A stretch of DNA of 42,056 nucleotides from Thermoanaerobaculia bacterium (lineage in GTDB: Bacteria > Acidobacteriota > Thermoanaerobaculia > Gp7-AA8). The notes beneath the pieces were generated by a model. It saw only the letters and a list, made by a program, of their open reading frames with translations. It had not been told where the DNA came from and searched no databases. Of the stretch, positions 36,278 to 42,056 are shown piece by piece; positions within the stretch are counted from its first letter, which is position 1; the number at the start of each line of letters is the position of its first letter. The stretch covers positions 1-42,056 of the forward strand of contig DATLYG010000045.1 of assembly GCA_035574985.1 (NCBI GenBank), in the 5' to 3' direction. The translations under genes were made by a program, and so were the position numbers.

Positions 36278-37564
36278 ATGCGCGTATTGGTGGTCGGACA
36301 GGGGGGCCGGGAGCATGCTCTGGTCTGGAAGCTCCGTCAAAGTCCCCTTGTCAAAGAGATTTATGCGGCTCCCGGGAACGCGGGCATGGCCCAGATCGCC
36401 GACTGCGTCCCGATCGGCGTGGCCGACATCATCGAGCTGGCCGACTTCGCCGAGAAGCTCAAGATCGACCTCACCATCGTCGGACCGGAGCTGTCTCTCA
36501 GCCTGGGCATCGTCGACGAGTTTCAGAAACGCGGCCTCCCCATCTACGGCCCGACCCGCCTGGCCGCCGAGCTGGAAGCCTCGAAGGTCTTTGCCAAGGA
36601 GTTCATGCGGAAGTACAACATCCCGACCGCCGAGGCGGTAACGTGCGCCTCGGTCGACGAGGCGAAGGCGGCGCTCAAGAAACTGGGGTACCCCGCCGTG
36701 ATCAAGGTCGACGGGCTTGCCGGCGGCAAGGGCGTCATCGTCGCGCAATCGAAGAGCGAGGCGGACGAGTACCTCAACCTCGTCTTCGAGGAAAAGAAGT
36801 TCGGCAACGCGGCGAGCCGCATCCTCGTGGAGGAGTTCCTCGCCGGCGAGGAAGTCTCCTTCATGGTGGTCACCGACGGGAAGCGCTCCGCGCCTCTGGC
36901 ACCCGCCAAGGACTACAAGAAGGCGTACGACGGCGAAACGGGACCGAACACCGGCGGACTGGGCGCCCATTCGCCGGCGGTCGTCCTCAACGGCGAGACG
37001 GCGGCGGAAATCATGAAATCCATCATTCTGCCGACGATCCAGGGAATGGCGGCCGAAGGCCGCCCTTATACCGGAACGCTCTACGCAGGCCTGATGCTCA
37101 CGCCCGACGGCCCGAAGGTGCTGGAGTTCAACTGCCGCTTCGGCGATCCCGAGACGCAGGTGCAGATGCTGCGGCTGGAGGACGATCTGGCCGAGATCTG
37201 CCTGAAGGTGGCGCGGGGGAATCTCGGCGAGACGAAACTGAACTGGAGGAAGGAAGCGGCGGCGTGCCTCGTGATCGCCGTCGACGGCTATCCGGGCGAG
37301 CACGCGAAGGGACAGGAAGTGGAGATCGACCCGATCGACGACGAGGCGGTGATTCTCTTCCACGCGGGCACCGTCAGACGCGGCGAGAAGCTGGTCAATG
37401 TCGCGGGGCGGGTGATGAACGTCTGCGCGCGCGCCGCGTCGCTCTCCGAGGCGCTGGCGAAGGTCTACGAAGCGGCGCCGAAGGTCCGCTTCGCGGGCGC
37501 GCGCTACCGTCGGGACATCGGCTACCGTGCACTGGAGCAGCGCAAGGCGGCCGTCGCAGAATAG
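36278..37564 (+). CDS. purD: phosphoribosylamine--glycine ligase
   Basis: MRVLVVGQGGREHALVWKL…YAAPGNAG…ATP-grasp…FNCRFGDPETQ. The ORF-track start at 36056 is an over-extension. Confidence 0.95.
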   Translation: MRVLVVGQGGREHALVWKLRQSPLVKEIYAAPGNAGMAQIADCVPIGVADIIELADFAEKLKIDLTIVGPELSLSLGIVDEFQKRGLPIYGPTRLAAELEASKVFAKEFMRKYNIPTAEAVTCASVDEAKAALKKLGYPAVIKVDGLAGGKGVIVAQSKSEADEYLNLVFEEKKFGNAASRILVEEFLAGEEVSFMVVTDGKRSAPLAPAKDYKKAYDGETGPNTGGLGAHSPAVVLNGETAAEIMKSIILPTIQGMAAEGRPYTGTLYAGLMLTPDGPKVLEFNCRFGDPETQVQMLRLEDDLAEICLKVARGNLGETKLNWRKEAAACLVIAVDGYPGEHAKGQEVEIDPIDDEAVILFHAGTVRRGEKLVNVAGRVMNVCARAASLSEALAKVYEAAPKVRFAGARYRRDIGYRALEQRKAAVAE

Positions 37565-37590
37565 TCACCTTCCCCTCCCTTTCCGCACCG

Positions 37591-37596
37591 TATCAT
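37591..37596 (+). promoter_or_regulatory. candidate -10 box (leaderless dapB mRNA?)
   Basis: TATCAT ends 8 nt before ATG 37605. No SD. 27 nt after the purD stop. Confidence 0.25.
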
Positions 37597-37604
37597 CCGC
37601 CCGA

Positions 37605-38375
37605 ATGAAGCGACGCGTCTGCATTGCCGGCATCACCGGATGGGTCGGCCGTCCGCTCGCTGACGCCGTCACCGCCGCGGACGATCTCGAGCTGGCAGCA
37701 GGGGTGGCCCGGCGCGCGGCGGGAGAGACCCTGCACGGCGCGGCGATCCTCGCGTCCGTCCCGGAAGCGCTGGCCAAGCCGTTCGACGTGCTGGTCGACT
37801 ACACCAGCGCCGAAGCGGTCAAAGCGAACGTTCTCGCGGCGATCGCCGCGCGGCGGCACGTCGTGGTCGGAAGCTCGGGCCTGAGCGACGACGACTTCGA
37901 AGAGATCGGTCACCGGGCGCGCGCCAACGGTGTCGGGGTCATTGCCGTGGGCAACTTCGCGATCTCGGCGGCGCTGCTGGGGCGGTTCGCGGCCGAGGCC
38001 GCGAAGCACTTCCCCGCCTGGGAGATCATCGACTTCGCTCACGACACGAAGGTCGACGCGCCGAGCGGCACGGCGCGCGAGATCGCCTGGCGCCTCGGCC
38101 GGGCCGGAAGCCCCCGTCCCGCCGTGTCCGTCGGGAAGAGCGTCGGTCCGCGCGAGAGCCGCGGAGCGAACATCAGCGGGACGCAGGTCCACTCGCTCCG
38201 CGTCCCCGGCAACACGATCGCCGTCGAGGTCCACTTCGGGCGCGACGATGAACGCCTCACCCTCCGCTACGAAGGCGGCGCGGGCGCCGCCCCCTACATT
38301 GCGGGAACGCTCCTCGCGATCCGGCGAGTCCCTGCGGTGACCGGCGTGATGCGCGGCCTCGACGCCGTCCTTTGA
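37605..38375 (+). CDS. dapB: 4-hydroxy-tetrahydrodipicolinate reductase
   Basis: MKRRVCIAGITGWVGR (NAD-binding)…VLVDYTS…VVGSSGL…EIIDFAHDTKVDAPSGTA. Confidence 0.9.
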   Translation: MKRRVCIAGITGWVGRPLADAVTAADDLELAAGVARRAAGETLHGAAILASVPEALAKPFDVLVDYTSAEAVKANVLAAIAARRHVVVGSSGLSDDDFEEIGHRARANGVGVIAVGNFAISAALLGRFAAEAAKHFPAWEIIDFAHDTKVDAPSGTAREIAWRLGRAGSPRPAVSVGKSVGPRESRGANISGTQVHSLRVPGNTIAVEVHFGRDDERLTLRYEGGAGAAPYIAGTLLAIRRVPAVTGVMRGLDAVL

Positions 38376-38429
38376 AGGGACATCCCGTTCGGCTATGCTC
38401 CGGCTCCAATCGCCAGCGAGGAGGAAGGT

Positions 38430-38936
38430 GTGCCGAGACCGTGGGTTCTGATCGTGATGGGGAGCGATTCCGACGCGGAGGTGATGTCGCAGGCAGCGGC
38501 GGCGCTCGATGAAGTCGGAGTTCCATACAGGATGACCGTCGCTTCGGCACACCGCACACCGGAGCGAACGAAGAGCGTGATCACGGAAAGCGAACGGGAG
38601 GGGGCGGCGGTGTTCATCGCCGGCGCGGGGATGGCGGCACATCTGCCCGGCGTGGTGGCCGCGTACACGACACGTCCGGTGATCGGCGTGCCGCTGCCGG
38701 GAAGCCCTCTGCAGGGAGTCGACGCGCTTTATTCGGTCGTGCAGATGCCGCCGGGCATTCCGGTGGCGACGGTGGCCATTGCGGGAGGGCGCAACGCCGG
38801 AATCCTGGCGGCGCAGATTCTCGCCACGGCCGACGAGGCACTGGCGGCGCGATTGAAGGAGAAGCGGCAGGCAATGGCCGCGGCCGTCGTCGAGAAGTCG
38901 AAGAACGTGGAGAAGTCGACGCTCCAGGGGTCTTGA
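38430..38936 (+). CDS. purE: 5-(carboxyamino)imidazole ribonucleotide mutase
   Basis: VLIVMGSDSD…VASAHRTP…FIAGAGMAAHLPGVVAA.T..PVIGVP. GTG start with an AGGAGGAAGG SD. Confidence 0.92.
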   Translation: MPRPWVLIVMGSDSDAEVMSQAAAALDEVGVPYRMTVASAHRTPERTKSVITESEREGAAVFIAGAGMAAHLPGVVAAYTTRPVIGVPLPGSPLQGVDALYSVVQMPPGIPVATVAIAGGRNAGILAAQILATADEALAARLKEKRQAMAAAVVEKSKNVEKSTLQGS

Positions 38937-38967
38937 ACGTAGTCGAACGAACCGATCGCATCGCGCG

Positions 38968-39882
38968 ATGCACCGTCACCAATCCGACGTTCCCCCGTCC
39001 CGGCAGGTGTCGCGAAAGCTCGTCATCGCGGCCGCGGCGAATCTCGTGTTCGTCGTGGTCGAGCTCGTCGCCGGCTTTTACGCGAACTCGCTCGCGCTGA
39101 TCGGCGATGCGTTTCACAACTTCACCGACGTTCTGGCGTTGCTCGTCGCGCTCTTCGCCGTCAGGCTCGAGCAGCGGCCCCCGACCGACGAGAAGTCTTT
39201 CGGCTACCAGCGGGCGGGGACGATCGCCGCATTCATCAACGCCGGCACACTCGTCGGGCTGACACTCTTCCTGCTCGTCGAAGCGATCGACCGCTTCCGC
39301 TCCCCGGCCATGGTCGACGAGACGCTGATGATGATCACCGCCGCGGTGGCGGTGCTCATCAACGGCGCCATTCCTCTTTCGCTGCGTCAGGAGCGGAGGA
39401 CCGACGTCAACATCCGGACCGCGGTCCTTCACATGATCAGCGATGCCGTTTCCTCGGCGGGGATCATCATCGCCGCGCTGCTGATCCGGGCGACCGGAAC
39501 GCCGGTCTGGGACCCGGCGATCTCGGTCGGCATCGCCGCGCTGATCCTCTGGAGCAGCTGGGGAATCCTGCGTGAGACGGTGAACCTCCTTCTCGAAGGG
39601 ACGCCGTCGGGGATCGATCCCGCCGCCGTCACGCGCGCGCTCGCCGGCATCGAGGGGGTTCAGGGGGTCCACCATCTCCACATCTGGGCCCTCGGGCCTT
39701 CCCGCCCGGCGCTTTCCTGTCACCTCATGGTCGGCGACGTGCCGGTGCGAAGCACGTCGGGGCTGCTCGACCAGATCACCGGAATGCTGCGCCGCGAATT
39801 CGGCATCGTCCACGTGACCGTGCAGTTCGAATTCGCCGAGTGCGCCGAAGGCGATCCCTACTGCGTGCCCTACACCCGTTAG
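38968..39882 (+). CDS. cation diffusion facilitator family transporter (CzcD/ZitB-like)
   Basis: Six TM helices. HxxxD pairs in TM2 (HNFTD) and TM5 (HMISD). C-terminal cytoplasmic domain …VHHLHIWAL. The TAG stop lies in the first 3 nt of the downstream inverted repeat. Confidence 0.9.
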   Translation: MHRHQSDVPPSRQVSRKLVIAAAANLVFVVVELVAGFYANSLALIGDAFHNFTDVLALLVALFAVRLEQRPPTDEKSFGYQRAGTIAAFINAGTLVGLTLFLLVEAIDRFRSPAMVDETLMMITAAVAVLINGAIPLSLRQERRTDVNIRTAVLHMISDAVSSAGIIIAALLIRATGTPVWDPAISVGIAALILWSSWGILRETVNLLLEGTPSGIDPAAVTRALAGIEGVQGVHHLHIWALGPSRPALSCHLMVGDVPVRSTSGLLDQITGMLRREFGIVHVTVQFEFAECAEGDPYCVPYTR

Positions 39883-40150
39883 TGTAGTGCTTCATCAATC
39901 TCTTGCCTTTTGCCGTGGGAGATGCGGGCGAGGTCAAGGAACGAGGAGGAGGCGATGCGGTGGCATCGTTGACGACGAGTGATGCAGACATCGTCCGCAT
40001 ATCCCACGGCCCTTCGGGTTGCGGCGGCGGGCGGCCATCTGCTTCGTTGCCGCTCCTCGACGATGTCCCGCATCGCCTGCGTCGCGGCGCCTCGCATCTG
40101 GCCGCTCGGCGCCGCAACAAAAGGCAAGATATTGATGAAGCACTACACTA
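39880..40150. mobile_element. 271-bp palindromic MITE-like / REP-like element with 33-bp terminal inverted repeats
   Basis: TAGTGTAGTGCTTCATCAATCTCTTGCCTTTTG (39880..39912) matches the reverse complement of 40118..40150 at 32 of 33 positions. The termini are AT-rich (13 of 33 G+C). Further internal dyad symmetry exists. There is no coding capacity beyond mirror-image artefact ORFs. A related half copy lies at 27393..27505. Confidence 0.55.
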
Positions 40151-41797
40151 GGGCTGCGAATCGACGTACGAGACGCTGACGGTGATCCGCGTCACGCCGC
40201 GAGGGATGGCGATGCTCAGGTTCGGCGAAAGGAGATAAAACGGACGGAGGTCGATCTCGTTGGCGAGGAGTGTGTTTCCCGCCGTGGCGCAGACGTCGCC
40301 GGTGCGCGTGATGTTCTCGACCGGCCTCCTGACGCGCATCCTCGGATAGAAGCGCTCGATCTCGTCACGATAATGGCCGACCGCTTTCTGGTTGTAGATC
40401 TTTTCGAACCCGGCGAGCGAGAATTCCTCCTTCGCCAGCCTCCCCTTCGCGTCGTAGACGTACGAGACGTTCGCCTTCCAGGTGACCTTCGGTGAACCTT
40501 CGACGACGTAGCCGTCGTAGCCGCCGGTCAGACTCACCGAGGCGAGCCGGTCACCCTCCCAGACGTAGTCGGCGGTCAGCGTGATCAGGTGGTTGCAGGC
40601 CGCGCTGTTCTGATAGTCGACCTGCTGGCGCGCGAGGCGGTTGTTGGCGTCGAATGTGGAGTGGACCACGTACTTGACGCCGTCGATCAGCATTTCCTCC
40701 TCGTCGAGCAGCCAGGAGTCCCCCGCCTGGTGGGCGGCGAACGTCAGGATTTCTCCCCCGCCGGTGGCGGTGATCTTCTCGAGATAGTCGGTTCCCTGGT
40801 GGAAGCGGATCTGGTTGCCCTGTTTGTCCGACCACTGCTCGATGATGTCTCCCCTGTAGGTCCACCCCTCCGCTTTGCGCGCATCCTGGATGGCGCGCTG
40901 TCTCGAGGCGCTGTAGGCGAGTTCTTCGCGCATCGAGCCGGAGGGGTAGAGGCAGGCGGGGGAGTCGTTCTTCGCCAGGCGGCCGTCGGCGTAGTACATG
41001 GCGCGCGTCACCGAGACGCCCTCCTGGCAGGAGCGGCTGTTCCAGACCGGCGAGCCGGTCGTGTAGGGGCCGTGCCAGCAGCGATGGCACCAGGTCGCTC
41101 CCGCGGGGAGCTTCAGGCCGCAGAACGAGCAGACGATCTTCGTCCGCTGATCTTCGATCTCGCTCTGAAGCTCGAAGATCTTCGGTCCGACCGACGTCTT
41201 CAGCTCGGGGTCGGTCTCGAGTTCGGAGTAGCGCTGGTAGCGCTCGAGCGCCTTCGGGATGTCGCCGAGTTTCTCGTGGATCACCGCCTGGTTGAAGACG
41301 GCGGCGGCATCGCCGGGCCGCTTCTGTTCGGCTTCCTGATAGAGCCTGAGTGCCTCGTTCAGCTCTTTCTTGCCGTAGAGAAACTGCGCGCGATTGAACA
41401 GCTCCACATAGCCCGCATCCTCCAGCCGCCGCTTCTGCAGCTCCCGCTGGAAGTTGAGATCGAGCTGCAGGCGGAGGACGGACTCACGCTCGGCGCCGTT
41501 CGGAAAGAGCTGCAGGTAGCGATCGACCTTCACCTGTGCGTCGGAGTAGCGGCCCGCCTTGGCGAGGATGAGGGCCATGTTGTAAAGCACGCCCGGCTGG
41601 TCGGGAAGGACCGCGTCGGCCTTCGCGAGCTGTTCGTATGCGGCGACGTAATCACGCATCTCGAAGAACTTCTTCGCGAAATAGACGGCGGTCGCGTACT
41701 CCTCCGGCTGCTCCTGCTGGACCCGTTGCGCCGGCAGGGGAAGCGCCACCGTGAAAAGCAGGAACGCGACGGCGGAAAGTCTGATCTCCTTTTTCAT
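40148..41797 (-). CDS. secreted TPR-repeat protein with a central Cys-rich (zinc-ribbon-like) motif and YD-repeat-like C-terminal region
   Basis: MKKEIRLSAVAFLLFTVALPLPAQ signal peptide. Several TPR-like helical pairs. CSFCGLKLPAGATWCHRCWH. YYADGRLAKN, FDANNRLARQQ and YVYDAKGRLAKEE resemble the YD-repeat consensus. ATG 41797 is preferred over GTG 41806. Confidence 0.75.
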   Translation of the reverse strand: MKKEIRLSAVAFLLFTVALPLPAQRVQQEQPEEYATAVYFAKKFFEMRDYVAAYEQLAKADAVLPDQPGVLYNMALILAKAGRYSDAQVKVDRYLQLFPNGAERESVLRLQLDLNFQRELQKRRLEDAGYVELFNRAQFLYGKKELNEALRLYQEAEQKRPGDAAAVFNQAVIHEKLGDIPKALERYQRYSELETDPELKTSVGPKIFELQSEIEDQRTKIVCSFCGLKLPAGATWCHRCWHGPYTTGSPVWNSRSCQEGVSVTRAMYYADGRLAKNDSPACLYPSGSMREELAYSASRQRAIQDARKAEGWTYRGDIIEQWSDKQGNQIRFHQGTDYLEKITATGGGEILTFAAHQAGDSWLLDEEEMLIDGVKYVVHSTFDANNRLARQQVDYQNSAACNHLITLTADYVWEGDRLASVSLTGGYDGYVVEGSPKVTWKANVSYVYDAKGRLAKEEFSLAGFEKIYNQKAVGHYRDEIERFYPRMRVRRPVENITRTGDVCATAGNTLLANEIDLRPFYLLSPNLSIAIPRGVTRITVSVSYVDSQP

Positions 41798-41802
41798 GCC
41801 GA

Positions 41803-42056
41803 TCACCGCAGGAGCGAATCGACGACCGACCCCAGCCAGAGCTTCTGCTCTTCGGTCGGCTGGATCCGGCCCAGCAACACATACAGCGCGCGGCGCTTCT
41901 GATCGTCGTCGAACCGCCCTCCCGTCTCGCGCAGGACCCGCTCCGGGTCGTCGTCGACTTCCGGCTTCGGCGTCACGATCACGTCTCTGGCGTCCTTCGG
42001 CGCCCAGTGCGGCGTGATCTCCGGCCCGAAGAGCCTGCCGACGAACGCGAGCCTGC
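41803..42056 (-). CDS. hypothetical protein, C-terminal fragment (gene starts beyond window end)
   Basis: An open minus-strand frame runs to the window edge: …RLAFVGRLFGPEITPHWAPKDARDVIVTPKPEVDDDPERVLRETGGRFDDDQKRRALYVLLGRIQPTEEQKLWLGSVVDSLLR, ending at TGA 41805..41803. This is 5 nt upstream of the TPR protein ATG. It is not in the ORF track because no start lies in the window. Confidence 0.5.
   Translation of the reverse strand, partial: RLAFVGRLFGPEITPHWAPKDARDVIVTPKPEVDDDPERVLRETGGRFDDDQKRRALYVLLGRIQPTEEQKLWLGSVVDSLLR

Noticed and set aside
36263-39813. Minus-strand ORFs 36263..37363, 37593..38642 and 38614..39813, and the plus-strand frame 36148..37608
   Set aside because: They are shadows of purD, dapB, purE and the CDF transporter. 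They have no motifs and a low-complexity composition.
39879-40151. Two 82-aa ORFs (39903..40151 plus strand, 39879..40127 minus strand), both starting MPF… and ending …IDEALH
   Set aside because: Mirror-image ORFs are created by the dyad symmetry of the palindromic element. Identical termini on opposite strands are an artefact of the inverted repeats, not evidence of coding.

Overview
Visibly GC-rich, densely coding bacterial chromosomal segment with about 47 CDS, mostly housekeeping. Taxonomy is only a guess: the CarboxypepD_reg-type TonB receptor, PEGA protein, S46 peptidase and many TPR/ECF proteins suggest an Acidobacteriota-like organism.

Gene content, left to right:
- rplU-rpmA-obg (obg truncated at the window edge), a lipoprotein, and a large TonB-dependent receptor.
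- A minus-strand operon: Ser/Thr kinase, short TldD-like, PmbA-like, DUF507, acyl-CoA carboxyltransferase.
- A stand-alone EF-G paralogue.
- A minus-strand chain: HExxH peptidase, small protein, selD, DUF2007-like, PEGA.
- An RsbW/RsbV-like pair; lepA followed by two paralogous secreted proteins; a GNAT; an S46 peptidase.
- purM-purN, a D-Ala-D-Ala carboxypeptidase, an ABC exporter, an HNH endonuclease, an LVIVD-like secreted protein.
- pyrF, PolX, an ECF sigma / anti-sigma / Secretin_N-like operon, purD-dapB-purE, a CDF transporter, and a TPR/YD-like protein.

I saw no rRNA, tRNA, CRISPR array, transposase or recognisable defence system.

Most notable observations:
1. selD carries an in-frame TGA at the catalytic Cys17 position. 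It is a selenoprotein gene, and the ORF track truncates it.
2. A 271-bp AT-ended palindromic MITE-like element lies between two convergent genes and supplies both of their stop codons. A degraded half copy and a terminal 11-mer copy occur elsewhere in the window.
3. Inverted arrays of an 8-nt GGCGAG unit occur at two intergenic loci.
4. A membrane Ser/Thr kinase is translationally coupled to an unusually short TldD/PmbA pair.
5. A -10-like hexamer sits 7-8 nt before four start codons, suggesting leaderless mRNAs.
6. Anti-SD/SD hairpins precede two tandem paralogues.

I did not find a clear-cut new multi-gene system. The candidates are flagged with moderate scores. All homology statements come from motif recognition by eye, not from searches.
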